Positions 50,223 through 60,208 of a stretch of 64,000 nt of DNA are shown one piece after another. The notes under the pieces were generated by a model that saw nothing but the letters and a program-made list of their open reading frames with translations, was not told where the DNA came from and searched no databases. Position 1 is the stretch's first letter. Each line of letters starts with the position of its first letter. Source of the DNA: Candidatus Tepidifontimicrobium thermophilum. GTDB lineage: Bacteria > Sysuimicrobiota > Sysuimicrobiia > Sysuimicrobiales > Sysuimicrobiaceae. Location: assembly GCA_031459915.1 (NCBI GenBank), contig JAVKHO010000004.1, positions 96,001-160,000 of the forward strand, given 5' to 3'. A program made the position numbers and the translations under genes.

Positions 50223-51440
50223 ATGGCGGTCTACCAGTACACCGCCCGCGACCAGATGGGTCGGGTGGTGACGGGAACCCTGGAGGCGGAGAACGACGCC
50301 CAGGTGGCGGAGAAGCTCCACCAGATGGGCTTCTTCATCACCGCCATCGAGCGGGCCAAGGCCGGCCCCGGGGAGGCCCGCAGCTTCTTCGACCTGTTCC
50401 GCGGGATCTCCCTGCGGGACCTCGCCCTCATGAGCCGGCAGTTCTCCACCATGGTGAACTCCGGCCTGACCCTGGTGCGGTCTTTGACCATCCTGGAACA
50501 GCAGACCACCAGCCACCGCCTGCGGGAGGTCCTGAGCAAGGTACGGGCGGACGTGGAGCAGGGCCGCACCCTGGCGGAGGCGCTGTCCAAGCACCCGCAG
50601 GCCTTCAGCTCCCTGTACGTGAACATGGTCCGGGCAGGGGAGGCGGGCGGAGTCCTGGACGACGTCCTGCAGCGCCTAGCGACCTTCCTGGAGAAGGAGT
50701 TCGCCCTGCGGCAGAAGATCAAGTCCGCCATGGTGTACCCTGTCATCCTGACCCTGGCGGCCACGGGAGCCTTGCTCTTTATGACCATGGTCATCATCCC
50801 GCAGTTCGTGGTCTTCTTCCAGGAGCTGAACGTGGGCGACCTGCCCGTGCCCACCAAGATCGTCATGGCAATTAGCTACGTCCTCCGGACCTTCTGGTAC
50901 GTGTGGATCCCGGGGATCGCGGTGGCGGTGTGGGGCTTCCTGCGGTGGCTGCGGACGCCGGTGGGCAAGGCGTGGTGGGACCGGACGAAGCTCCACCTCC
51001 CGGTGTTCGGGTCCGTGATCCAGAAGACCGTCCTGGCGCGGTTCGCCCGAACCCTCGGCACCCTGCTGGGCGCGGGCGTGCCGTTGCTGCAGTCCTTCGA
51101 CGTGACCAGCAAGGCCGTGGACAACGTGGTGGTGGAGGAGGCCATCCGGAAGGTCCGCGCCAGCATCCGGGAAGGCGAGAGCATCGCCCTCCCCCTGTCC
51201 CAGGTGGAGCTGTTCCCTCCCATGGTGGTGCAGATGGTGAAGGTGGGGGAGGAGGCCGGTAACCTGGACGAGATGCTGGTGAAGGTGGCGGACTTCTACG
51301 ACACGGAGGTGGAAGCCGCGGTGGCCGCCCTGGCCAGCACCCTGGAGCCCGCCATGATCGTGTTCATGGGCCTGGTGGTGGGGGCCATGGTTGTCTCCCT
51401 GTACCTGCCCATCTTCCAGCTGGCCGCGAAGGCGGGATAG
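50223..51440 (+). CDS. pilC: Type IV pilus platform protein (PilC/GspF)
   Basis: YVNMVRAGEAGGVL, AMVYP, FPPMVVQMVKVGEE.G.L, LEP, LPIF; GGAGG RBS. Confidence 0.95.
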   Translation: MAVYQYTARDQMGRVVTGTLEAENDAQVAEKLHQMGFFITAIERAKAGPGEARSFFDLFRGISLRDLALMSRQFSTMVNSGLTLVRSLTILEQQTTSHRLREVLSKVRADVEQGRTLAEALSKHPQAFSSLYVNMVRAGEAGGVLDDVLQRLATFLEKEFALRQKIKSAMVYPVILTLAATGALLFMTMVIIPQFVVFFQELNVGDLPVPTKIVMAISYVLRTFWYVWIPGIAVAVWGFLRWLRTPVGKAWWDRTKLHLPVFGSVIQKTVLARFARTLGTLLGAGVPLLQSFDVTSKAVDNVVVEEAIRKVRASIREGESIALPLSQVELFPPMVVQMVKVGEEAGNLDEMLVKVADFYDTEVEAAVAALASTLEPAMIVFMGLVVGAMVVSLYLPIFQLAAKAG

Positions 51441-53295
51441 ACAGACCCTTCGGCAGCACCACCAGAGCGTCGCTCACGGGACGCTCGCCTCCCTCGTCCG
51501 AGGGACGGTTCAGCACCGCTCCGCCCACCACCAGGGTCGTGGAGCCACCGCCGTCCAGGTTGACGGCGTCCACGGCCCCCAGGCTCACCAGCTCCCGGGC
51601 CAGCTCGGACAGGGTCATGCCCAAGCTGTGCTCCGGCCACCGGCCGTCCACCACCACCAACAGCAGGCTGCCGTCCGCGGCCACGCCCGCGGCGGTACGC
51701 GGGTGCCGGCGGTCCCGGAAACCCTCCGGGAAGCCCTCGTGGGACGGGCCGGCCACGCCTCCGGAGGCCAGACGCGGCCCGCCGCACACCACGTGGCGGA
51801 CGTTGTGCCACCGTGGGTCGCCCGAGGCGGGCCGAAGGGAAAGGGTCACCCGCACGGGATCCCCGGGGCGGAGGACCTCCAGGGCGGCGGCCACGGAGCC
51901 GCCGGCGGAAAGCACGGAGCCGTCGGAGGGGATCGGGCTGCTGCCGCCGGATCGGACTTCGCGGACGATTCCCCCTACCACCAAGACTTCGACTCCAGAA
52001 GGGTCGGCAGGGGTGGTACCCCCGTAGCGAGGCGTGAACAGGATCACCTCGCCCGCTCTGCGCCTGCGGTTCAACCCGGAAAGCCGCAGCGCGCCAGCCG
52101 GGGTCAGCACCTCGCCGTACCAGTCCAGGGCGTCCACCAGTGCGACTCCGTCCCCCAACCCCAGGCACGACCGTCCCGGTGTAGGCTCGCTGACCCACTC
52201 CCCATCAATGACGAGCCCCCCCAGGGGGTCGCCGTCGGGAGCGAAGAACCCGCCGTTCGTGGCCGCCACCGCGCCCGCGCGCCTGGCCATGTCCGAAGTC
52301 CGCTCCCGTCCCGGGACCCGATCCCGGGCCAGCACCGGGCGCACCTCGAACCTCCGGGGATCCACCCGCAAGGCTGCGACCCACTGAGGCACGGAAAGTC
52401 GCTCGAGGTCCCGCACCGTGGACAGCACCCACGTGGGCAGCCCCTCCATCTTCAGACGCTGTGCCAGCTCCCCCGCTTCCTGACGCGTAGCGAAGGAGCC
52501 TACCCGGACTTTGTACAGCCCGTCCACCTCGTCCACGAACGCCACGAGCCCAGCCGACCGCATGCGGTCCGCCAGCCGCCGGGCGTTGTCGGGGTTCGCG
52601 AAGGCCCCTACCTGCACCCGCCAGACGGGCAGCGTGCGCAGCGCGCCCCGCTTTTCAACCACCACCGACACCCCCGGCGCCAGCTCCTGCTCGTACCTCA
52701 GCCGCACGCCCTCTTCCACCGCCCTCAGGTACGCCCACAGGAGGCTTGCGGCCTCCGCACGGGTGATGAAGCGGTCACGCTGCGGGGCACCCCAGGGCTC
52801 CTGCAGCAGGGGCGGTTCGGTCCGGGCGGCCAGGAGAAGGGGGGCACTGGAGGGGTCGGCATTGGTCCGGACGGCCAGCCAGCTGGCCTCCCACGTGTAG
52901 CCCAGAGCCCGCACCACCCAGTCCACCGCCTCAGCCCGTCGCAGGGGCTCGTGCGGCCGGAACCGGCTCTCCTCCGGCAGCAGCCCGTAGCGGGCAGCGG
53001 CTTCCACGAAGGCTGCCTCCGGGCTGGAAACCTGTACGTCGGGGTAGCTGGGCCGGTCCGGACGGACCGCAGGCAACCCTCGCGCGGTCACCAGCCACCG
53101 GACGAACCGCGCGCGCGTCAGGGTGGACTCGGGTCGGAACAGGCCGTCCGGGTCGGTGTCGACCACCCGGCGCTCCAAGAGCACCTGGATCCGCGACGCG
53201 GCCCAGCTGCCGGCCAGGTCAGGGGGCCCGGACTGTGCCCACGCCCAGGACAGCGCCGTCCCGGTAACCCACAGGACAACCCCAAGACGCCGCAC
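51364..53295 (-). CDS. Exported SLH + SPOR + phosphodiester glycosidase (NAGPA-like) protein
   Basis: FRP...TRA SLH repeats, VQVGAF/VRVGSF SPOR, NGGFF, HPRTAAG, NLDGGGST. Confidence 0.85.
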   Translation of the reverse strand: MRRLGVVLWVTGTALSWAWAQSGPPDLAGSWAASRIQVLLERRVVDTDPDGLFRPESTLTRARFVRWLVTARGLPAVRPDRPSYPDVQVSSPEAAFVEAAARYGLLPEESRFRPHEPLRRAEAVDWVVRALGYTWEASWLAVRTNADPSSAPLLLAARTEPPLLQEPWGAPQRDRFITRAEAASLLWAYLRAVEEGVRLRYEQELAPGVSVVVEKRGALRTLPVWRVQVGAFANPDNARRLADRMRSAGLVAFVDEVDGLYKVRVGSFATRQEAGELAQRLKMEGLPTWVLSTVRDLERLSVPQWVAALRVDPRRFEVRPVLARDRVPGRERTSDMARRAGAVAATNGGFFAPDGDPLGGLVIDGEWVSEPTPGRSCLGLGDGVALVDALDWYGEVLTPAGALRLSGLNRRRRAGEVILFTPRYGGTTPADPSGVEVLVVGGIVREVRSGGSSPIPSDGSVLSAGGSVAAALEVLRPGDPVRVTLSLRPASGDPRWHNVRHVVCGGPRLASGGVAGPSHEGFPEGFRDRRHPRTAAGVAADGSLLLVVVDGRWPEHSLGMTLSELARELVSLGAVDAVNLDGGGSTTLVVGGAVLNRPSDEGGERPVSDALVVLPKGLSIPPSRPAGRWAGTGRQPWPPPPGP

Positions 53296-53374
53296 GGGAG
53301 TCCGCTTCGCGGGTCCCGGCGCAGGGTCCTGCGGGAGGGAAGCGACGGACAGAACCGAAGTGTAACCTAAGCAA

Positions 53375-54361
53375 GTGGTAGAGCTGCGGACCTCCTACGC
53401 GCAGGACCTGCGCCTGGTGTCCGGCTGGACGGGCTGGGCCGGGTTGCTCCTGTTAGGCGGCGGGCTTGTCCTCCTGCCCCTGGTCGCCCCGCGCTACGCG
53501 CTTTACGTCGTCACCCTGGCCGCGGTCCACGCGGTGGTGGCGGTGGGGCTGAACTTGTTGGTGGGGTACACGGGCCAGATCTCCCTGGGTCACGCCGGGT
53601 TCTTCGCGGTGGGTGCCTACACCCACGGGTTGCTGCTGACCCGCCTGGGATGGAGCTTTCTGCCCTCCCTGATTAGCGCCGCGGTCACGAGCGCCCTGTT
53701 CGGATACGCGGTGGGCCTTCCGGCCCTCCGGCTTACAGGTCCCTACCTGGCCGTGGCTACCCTGGCCTTCGGACTGGCCGTGCACCAGGTGCTGGTCAAC
53801 TGGGAGGCGCTGTCCGGCGGCCGGTCAGGGCTGTTCCTGCCCGACGTGCAGCTGGCCGGCGTCTCCCTCAAGGACGAGCGGGCGCTGTACTGGACGGTGC
53901 TGGCGGTGGCCGGCTTGCTGGTGTGGGTGGCGGTGCGGCTGGTCCGGTCGTACGTGGGCCGTGCGTGGGTGGCCATCCGGGACAGTGATGTGGCGGCGGA
54001 GGTGTCAGGGGTGAACCTCACCCGCTACAAGACCCTGGCCTTCGCCCTCAGCGCCTCGTACACGGGGGTCGCGGGAGCCCTCATGGGGCACGTGGTGGGC
54101 TTCCTGGAGCCCCAGCTGTTCACCCTCTTCGAGTCCGTGTACTTCTTCTCCATGGTGGTGGTGGGCGGGCTCGCCTCCATCAGCGGCAGCATCCTGGGAG
54201 CGGTCGTCCTCACCCTGCTCCCCCAGGCGCTGTCGGGGATGGGGGAAGTGCTCAACGTGCTGTACGGGGCCGCGGTGATCCTCGTTTTGCGGTTCGAGCC
54301 GGGCGGGCTCGCCGCCCGGTGGTTGCGGATCCAGCGGTACTGGAGGACCTGGCCCCTGTGA
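53375..54361 (+). CDS. HAAT (Liv-type) ABC permease, LivM-like
   Basis: GYTGQISLGHAGFF, LRL.GPYLA..TLAF, AIRD...A. Confidence 0.92.
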   Translation: MVELRTSYAQDLRLVSGWTGWAGLLLLGGGLVLLPLVAPRYALYVVTLAAVHAVVAVGLNLLVGYTGQISLGHAGFFAVGAYTHGLLLTRLGWSFLPSLISAAVTSALFGYAVGLPALRLTGPYLAVATLAFGLAVHQVLVNWEALSGGRSGLFLPDVQLAGVSLKDERALYWTVLAVAGLLVWVAVRLVRSYVGRAWVAIRDSDVAAEVSGVNLTRYKTLAFALSASYTGVAGALMGHVVGFLEPQLFTLFESVYFFSMVVVGGLASISGSILGAVVLTLLPQALSGMGEVLNVLYGAAVILVLRFEPGGLAARWLRIQRYWRTWPL

Positions 54362-55233
54362 CGCTGCTGCTCCAGTACGTGGCGAACGGTCTGGCGGCGG
54401 GCAGCCTGTACGCCCTGGTGGCGCTCGGGATCGTCTTGCTGTACCGGTGCTCGCGGGTCCTCAACTTCGCCCACGGCGACCTGGCCACGCTGGGGGTGTT
54501 CTTCGCGTTCAGCGGCCTAACGCGCGGCTGGCCTTACGGCCTGGCCCTCCTGGGCGGTCTTGCAGGCGCCGCGGCGGTGTCCGCGGCCTTCTACCGTTTG
54601 TTGATCAAGCCGGTCCGGCAGGCCACCGCCCTCAGCCTGGTCATCACGACCCTGGGGTTCGCCCTGTTCCTCAGTGGCGTGATGGTGTGGGTGTGGGGCA
54701 CGGACACCAAGGTGTTTCCCTTCCCGCTGTCCGAGGTCCGCGTGTTTCGTCTCGGTGGGGTCGTGGTGAGCGAGCTCACCGCTGGCTCCCTGGCGGTGGG
54801 CCTGGTGCTGGTGGCGGGACTTTCGGCGCTGGTGCAGAGGACCCGGCTGGGCCTGGCCATGCGGGCGGTGGCGCAGAACCCGGTGGCCGCGCAGCTGCTG
54901 GGAGTGCCGGCAGGCCAGGTACTGGCGGCCACGTGGGCTGTGGCCGGCGCTCTGGGCGCAGCCGCGGGGATGTTGCTGGCACCCGCGGTGCTGCTGGACC
55001 CCTTCATGATGCTGGACCCGTTCCTCAAGGGGTTCGCCGCCGCGGTCCTCGGGGGCATGGACAGCCTGCCCGGGGCGGTCGCGGGCGGCCTGATTTTGGG
55101 GCTAGCGGAGAGTGTGTTCGCCGGGTACGTCTCGGTGAAGTACAAGGCCACCTTGAGTTTCGTGGTGATCGTGGCGGTGCTGCTGGTCCGACCCGAGGGG
55201 CTGCTCGGCCGGCCCTTCCACCGACGGGTTTAG
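54358..55233 (+). CDS. HAAT ABC permease, LivH-like
   Basis: NGL..GSLYAL.ALG, NFAHG, TRLG.AMRA, RPEGLLG. Confidence 0.92.
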   Translation: MTLLLQYVANGLAAGSLYALVALGIVLLYRCSRVLNFAHGDLATLGVFFAFSGLTRGWPYGLALLGGLAGAAAVSAAFYRLLIKPVRQATALSLVITTLGFALFLSGVMVWVWGTDTKVFPFPLSEVRVFRLGGVVVSELTAGSLAVGLVLVAGLSALVQRTRLGLAMRAVAQNPVAAQLLGVPAGQVLAATWAVAGALGAAAGMLLAPAVLLDPFMMLDPFLKGFAAAVLGGMDSLPGAVAGGLILGLAESVFAGYVSVKYKATLSFVVIVAVLLVRPEGLLGRPFHRRV

Positions 55234-55297
55234 CCCTCGCGGGCGGGCACGGCGCCCGTTAGTCTAGAAAGCAGAGACCAAAAGGGGGAGGGAGATC

Positions 55298-56470
55298 ATG
55301 CGGACGGCGGCGTGGCTGTGTGCGGTGGTGCTGCTGGCTTTGCCCTTGAGCACCGGCGCGCAGGAACGGGGCGTGACCGCCGACGAGGTGGTCATCGGGA
55401 CGTCGATGCCTCTGAGCGGCCCCGCAGCGTACTGGGGCGCGGTGGGCCGCGGCATGGAGGCGTACGCCCGGTACCTGAACGACCAGGGAGGGATCCACGG
55501 CCGGCGGCTGCGGGTGGTGGTGCGGGACGACAGCTACCTGCCTCCGAGGGCGGCGGCCAACGTGCGGGAGCTGGTGGAACGGGTGGGGGTGTTCGCCATC
55601 GTGGGCCTCATCGGGACCGCCAACGCGTTCGCGGTCCGCGACTACATCGTGCGCAACGAGGTGGTGTGGATCAGCCCCACCGCGGACGCCACGATCTGGT
55701 ACGGGTTCCGCGACAAGAAGTACCTGTTCGTCACCTACCCCTCTTACGTGGAGGAGGCCAAGATCCTCGTGGACTACGCAGCCCGGCAGCTGGGGGCCAA
55801 GAGCATCGCGGTCTTCTACCAGAACGACCTTTACGGACAGAAGGGGCTGTTGGGCGCCAAGCAAGGGGCGGCGCGGTCGCGGGTCCGCATCACCGCCCAG
55901 GTCCCCTACGAGGTCACCCAGGCGGACGTGAGCTCGGAGGCAGTGAAGCTACGGGAGTCCCGGGCGGACGCGGTGCTGCTGTACGCCACCCCGCGCCACG
56001 GCGCCCTCATCGTACGGGAGATGGCCAAGATCGGCTACACGCCCAAGCTGCTGAGCTCGTTCACCCTGGGAGACCCCATCATGTTCGCCCTGGCGGGGGA
56101 GGCGTGGAACGGGGTGATCTCCACCGGCTTCTTCCCCCTGCCGGGCACCGGCGACAGCCGGGTGGACGAGGCCCTGGCGATCCTCACCCGCGTGGACCCG
56201 GCGCTGCGCACCAACCCCTTCAACGCCCTGGCGGGCTGGGCGTTCATGGAGCCGTTCGTGGAGGGCCTCCGCCGGGCAGGCCGGGAGCTCACCAAGGAGC
56301 GGTTCGTCACCGCCATGGAGAGCATCCGGAACTGGGACGGCCAGGTGATCCGGGGCGTGACCTTCGGGCCGGACCGCCGGCAGGGCACCAACCGGGTCTT
56401 CCTCACCCGGGCGGAGGGCGGCCGGTACACGCGCCTGTCGGACTGGATCAGCTACCCCACGGGCTTCTGA
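55298..56470 (+). CDS. HAAT ABC substrate-binding protein
   Basis: Signal peptide, PLSGPAA, N..GGIHGR, DDSY. Confidence 0.9.
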   Translation: MRTAAWLCAVVLLALPLSTGAQERGVTADEVVIGTSMPLSGPAAYWGAVGRGMEAYARYLNDQGGIHGRRLRVVVRDDSYLPPRAAANVRELVERVGVFAIVGLIGTANAFAVRDYIVRNEVVWISPTADATIWYGFRDKKYLFVTYPSYVEEAKILVDYAARQLGAKSIAVFYQNDLYGQKGLLGAKQGAARSRVRITAQVPYEVTQADVSSEAVKLRESRADAVLLYATPRHGALIVREMAKIGYTPKLLSSFTLGDPIMFALAGEAWNGVISTGFFPLPGTGDSRVDEALAILTRVDPALRTNPFNALAGWAFMEPFVEGLRRAGRELTKERFVTAMESIRNWDGQVIRGVTFGPDRRQGTNRVFLTRAEGGRYTRLSDWISYPTGF

Positions 56471-56478
56471 GCACCGGC

Positions 56479-57252
56479 GTGGGCGGGCGGCCACTCCTCC
56501 AGGTGGAGGGTGTGACCCTCCGGTTCGGAGGGGTGGCCGCCCTGCAGGACGTCAGCCTGGAGGTGCGGGCCGGGGAGCTAATAAGCGTCATCGGGCCCAA
56601 CGGGGCCGGGAAGACCAGCCTGTTCAACTGCATCTGCGGGTTGTACCGACCGCAGCGCGGGCGTGTGGTGCTCGACGGCCGGGACATCACCCGGGCCTCG
56701 CCCGACGCCATCGCCCGGATGGGCGTGGCCCGCACCTTCCAGAACCTGGAGCTGTTCCGCGGGATGACGGTGCTCGACAACCTCCTGCTGGGCTGTCACC
56801 GCCACTTCCGCACCCCGGTGTGGGAGGTGGCGGTGTGGAGCCGCCGCGCGCGGGAGGAGGAGATCCGGCAGCGGGAGCGGGCGGAGGCCATCCTGGAGTT
56901 CCTGGAGCTCCAGGCCTACCGGGACCGCCCGGTGGCCGCGCTTCCGCACGGGGTCCAGAAGGTGGTCGAGCTGGGTCGGGCCCTCACTAGCCAGCCACGC
57001 CTTTTGCTCCTGGACGAACCCTCCGCGGGGCTCGTGGCGGAGGAGAAGGACGAGCTGAAGTACCGGCTGCAGGACGCCCGGCGGGTCTTCGGGCTCACCG
57101 TGGTGCTGGTGGAGCACGACCTCCGGATGGTCATGGACCTCTCGGAACGCGTGGTCGTCCTGGACCACGGGGAGGTCATCGCGCAGGGGCCGCCCGAGGT
57201 GGTGCAGCGGGATCCGAAGGTGGTGGAGGCGTACCTGGGCGTAGGGGCGTGA
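56479..57252 (+). CDS. HAAT ABC ATPase, LivG-like
   Basis: FGGV.AL, GPNGAGKT, RTFQN, LLDEP.AG, EAYLG. Confidence 0.92.
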   Translation: MGGRPLLQVEGVTLRFGGVAALQDVSLEVRAGELISVIGPNGAGKTSLFNCICGLYRPQRGRVVLDGRDITRASPDAIARMGVARTFQNLELFRGMTVLDNLLLGCHRHFRTPVWEVAVWSRRAREEEIRQRERAEAILEFLELQAYRDRPVAALPHGVQKVVELGRALTSQPRLLLLDEPSAGLVAEEKDELKYRLQDARRVFGLTVVLVEHDLRMVMDLSERVVVLDHGEVIAQGPPEVVQRDPKVVEAYLGVGA

Positions 57253-58022
57253 CCGCAGAAGTCCTGTCCGTCAGGAACGTGGAGGCAGGCTACCGTAAGG
57301 GGCTGGTGGTCCTGCGAGGGGTTTCCCTGCAGGTACGGGAGGGCCAGGTGGTGGCCCTCCTGGGTAGCAACGGCGCGGGGAAGAGTACGCTGCTTCGGAC
57401 GGTCATGGGCTTGATCCCCGACCAGCCCGAGAAGGGCGAGGTCACTTTCCGCGGGGTCCGCCTGAACGGGAAAGACCCGGACGCGATCACCCGCATGGGG
57501 CTGGCTCTCGTCCCCGAGGGCCGGGGGCTGTTTCCGGAACTCACGGTGGAGGAGAACCTGCAGCTGGTGGGCTACGCGCGTCGGTACGGCCGGGCGGAGT
57601 ACGACGCGGTGCTGGATCGGTTCCCCGTGCTCCGGGAGCGACTGTGGCAACAGGCGGGGACCCTCTCGGGAGGCGAGCAGCAGATGCTGGCCATCGCCCG
57701 GGCCCTGCTGCTGCGGCCGTCCCTGTTGTTGCTGGACGAGCCGTCCCTGGGCCTTGCGCCGCGGGTGGTGGCGCAGATCTTCTCCATCCTGGAGTCGTTG
57801 AACCGGGAGGGGATCCCCATCCTCCTGGTGGAGCAGAACGCCCGCATGGCCCTCCAGGTGGCCCACTACGGGTACGTCCTGGAGGCGGGCCGCCTGGTGC
57901 TGGAGGGGCCGGCGGAGCGGCTGCGGGAGGACCCCAACGTGCAGGAGCTTTACCTCGGTATCCAGCGGGAGCCCTCCCCCAAGGGATTCCGGCGGTGGCG
58001 GCCCCGCCGGCGGTGGGCGTGA
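57249..58022 (+). CDS. HAAT ABC ATPase, LivF-like
   Basis: GSNGAGKST, PEGR, LSGGEQQMLA, DEPSLGLAP, VEQN. Confidence 0.93.
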   Translation: MTAEVLSVRNVEAGYRKGLVVLRGVSLQVREGQVVALLGSNGAGKSTLLRTVMGLIPDQPEKGEVTFRGVRLNGKDPDAITRMGLALVPEGRGLFPELTVEENLQLVGYARRYGRAEYDAVLDRFPVLRERLWQQAGTLSGGEQQMLAIARALLLRPSLLLLDEPSLGLAPRVVAQIFSILESLNREGIPILLVEQNARMALQVAHYGYVLEAGRLVLEGPAERLREDPNVQELYLGIQREPSPKGFRRWRPRRRWA

Positions 58023-58047
58023 ACCCGCGACGGTCGGACACCGGCCC

Positions 58048-59913
58048 TCAGCGGTACAGGCTTTCGACCAGGTCGCGGTACTTCTCCACGATGGCCTTGC
58101 GCTTCACCTTCTGGGTGGGGGTGACCTCCCCGTCCTCCTGGTACAGCCGCTTGGGCAGCAGGGCAAACCGCTTCACCTGCTCGGGGTGGCTCAGCGACCG
58201 GTTCACCCGCTCCACCTCCTGGGCCACCAGCTCCCGCACCTGCTCGTTGCCGCTCAGGTCCGCGAAAGTGGAGAAGGGAATCCGCCGGTCCTGAGCCCAC
58301 CGCGCCACGTTGTCCTCGTCGATGACGATCAGGGCCACCAGGTAGGGCCGCCGGTCGCCGACCACCACCGCGTCCTGGATGTAGGGACTGGTTTTCAGCA
58401 GGTTCTCCACGTACGCGGGCGCGATGTTCTTCCCGTACGCGGTCACGATCAGGTCCTTCTTACGGTCGGTGATCCGCAAGAAGCCGTCTTCGTCCATCTC
58501 CCCCACGTCCCCGGAGTGCAGCCATCCGTCCCGCAGCGCCTGCGCGGTGGCGTCCGGGTCCTTGAAGTAGCCGGCGAACACGTTGGGGCCGCGGACCAGG
58601 ATCTCGCCGTCGGGGGCGATGCGGACCTCCACTCCGGGCAGGGGCTGGCCGACGGTACCCAGCCGGATGCGGTCCCCCTGGTGGATGGTAGTCGGACCGC
58701 TACCTTCCGTCTGTCCGTACACCTCCCGGATCCGCACCCCCAGGGCGTGGTAGAACTCCAGGATCTCCGGAGCGATGGGGGCGGCCCCCGACACCGCGAA
58801 CCGCACCCGGTCCAGCCCCAGACGGCGCCGGAGGGGGCGCAGCACCGCCAGCTCCGCCAGCGCGTGCGCGGCCCGCAGGGCGGGGGAGACGGCCTCGCCC
58901 GCCAGCCGCGCCAGGGCGTACTGCCGCCCGACCCGCAGGGCCGCCTCGTACGCGGCGCGCTTGAACGCGTCCACCTCCCGCATGTGCAGGGCGAGCTGCG
59001 AGTGCAGCTTTTCCCACAGCCGCGGGACCGCGAACAGGACGGTGGGACGCACCTCCTGCAGGTTCTGGAACAGGGTGTCGAGGCTCTCCGCGAAGTACAC
59101 CGCGTACCCCCACACGAGGGGCAGGTACACGCTCAGCATGCGCTCCGCGATGTGCGACAGGGGCAGGAAGGACAGCGCGGTGTCCGTGGGGTACAGGGCG
59201 TTGGCCTCGCCCAGGGCCTGCGCGGTCCACAGGAGGTTCCGGTGCGTCAGCATGGCCCCCTTCGGCGGGCCGGTGGTGCCCGAGGTGTACAGCAGGATAG
59301 CCACCTGATCCTCAGACGCCCTGCGGGCGAGGCGCTCCAGGCCCTCGGGGTCCCATGCGGCGCGGCCCAGGGCCCGTAGCTCGTCCAGGGTCAGGACCTG
59401 AGGGTCAGAGAACCCGGCTAGCCCCTCCGGGTCCGTGACCACGATGCGCTCCAGGTGCGGGAGCTGGCCTCGGACCTCCAGGGCCTTGTCGAGCTGTTCC
59501 TCGTCCTCCACGAAGAACACCCGGGCTTCGCTGTGCCCCAGGATATACGCACACTGCTCGGGCGGGTTGGTGGCGTACACCGCCACCGAGAGGCCCCCGG
59601 CCAGAAGGATCCCCATGTCGCAGAACAGCCATTCCGGCCGGTTGTTGCCGATGATGGCCGCGGCCTGGCCAGGCTGGAAGCCTAGGGCAAGCAGCCCGCA
59701 GGCCACCTCCTGCGCCGCGCGACCGTACTCCGCCCACGTGACCGGGTGCCACAGTCCCCTGCGCTTGTGCCACAGGGCCACCCGCGGGCCCCGCTCCCGC
59801 ACCGCCCGCAGGAAGCGCTCCGGCACAGTACCCGTGGTGACCTGCTGGAGTTCGAGGGTCGCCACCTCAGCCTCACCCCACCCGCCGTCCGGGACGGCTT
59901 GCATTTCCTCCAC
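58048..59913 (-). CDS. Long-chain fatty acid-CoA ligase (AMP-binding)
   Basis: YTSGTTGPPKG, LPLSHIAER, YGQTE, GWLHSGDVG, ITDRKKD. Confidence 0.93.
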   Translation of the reverse strand: MEEMQAVPDGGWGEAEVATLELQQVTTGTVPERFLRAVRERGPRVALWHKRRGLWHPVTWAEYGRAAQEVACGLLALGFQPGQAAAIIGNNRPEWLFCDMGILLAGGLSVAVYATNPPEQCAYILGHSEARVFFVEDEEQLDKALEVRGQLPHLERIVVTDPEGLAGFSDPQVLTLDELRALGRAAWDPEGLERLARRASEDQVAILLYTSGTTGPPKGAMLTHRNLLWTAQALGEANALYPTDTALSFLPLSHIAERMLSVYLPLVWGYAVYFAESLDTLFQNLQEVRPTVLFAVPRLWEKLHSQLALHMREVDAFKRAAYEAALRVGRQYALARLAGEAVSPALRAAHALAELAVLRPLRRRLGLDRVRFAVSGAAPIAPEILEFYHALGVRIREVYGQTEGSGPTTIHQGDRIRLGTVGQPLPGVEVRIAPDGEILVRGPNVFAGYFKDPDATAQALRDGWLHSGDVGEMDEDGFLRITDRKKDLIVTAYGKNIAPAYVENLLKTSPYIQDAVVVGDRRPYLVALIVIDEDNVARWAQDRRIPFSTFADLSGNEQVRELVAQEVERVNRSLSHPEQVKRFALLPKRLYQEDGEVTPTQKVKRKAIVEKYRDLVESLYR

Positions 59914-59951
59914 ACGGTAGAATACCCTGTGGAGGTCGGGAGGGAGACGCC

Positions 59952-60182
59952 ATGATCCGTCCGCCCATCGAGACGCTGCTGGAACGGGTGCCTAACAAGT
60001 ACCTGCTGGTGATGCTGGCCGCCAAGCGGGCCCGCGAGCTGAGGTCCGGACAGCTGCCCCTGGTGGACGTGGACTCGCAGAACCCGGTCACCGTGGCCCT
60101 GGAGGAGATCGCGGCGGGACGGATCCGGCCGGAGATGCCGGAGTCCGTGGAGGCCATCTTCGCCAACCTGCCCACCCCCTAG
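59952..60182 (+). CDS. rpoZ: RNA polymerase omega subunit
   Basis: NKYLLVMLAAKRAREL...PVTVALEEI..G. Confidence 0.95.
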   Translation: MIRPPIETLLERVPNKYLLVMLAAKRARELRSGQLPLVDVDSQNPVTVALEEIAAGRIRPEMPESVEAIFANLPTP

Positions 60183-60208
60183 CTTCGAAAACCCTGGAGC
60201 CGGTCGGT

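Noticed and set aside
53375..59913. Unusual Liv gene order next to an acyl-CoA ligase
   Set aside because: Variable order and acyl-CoA ligase linkage are common for HAAT transporters
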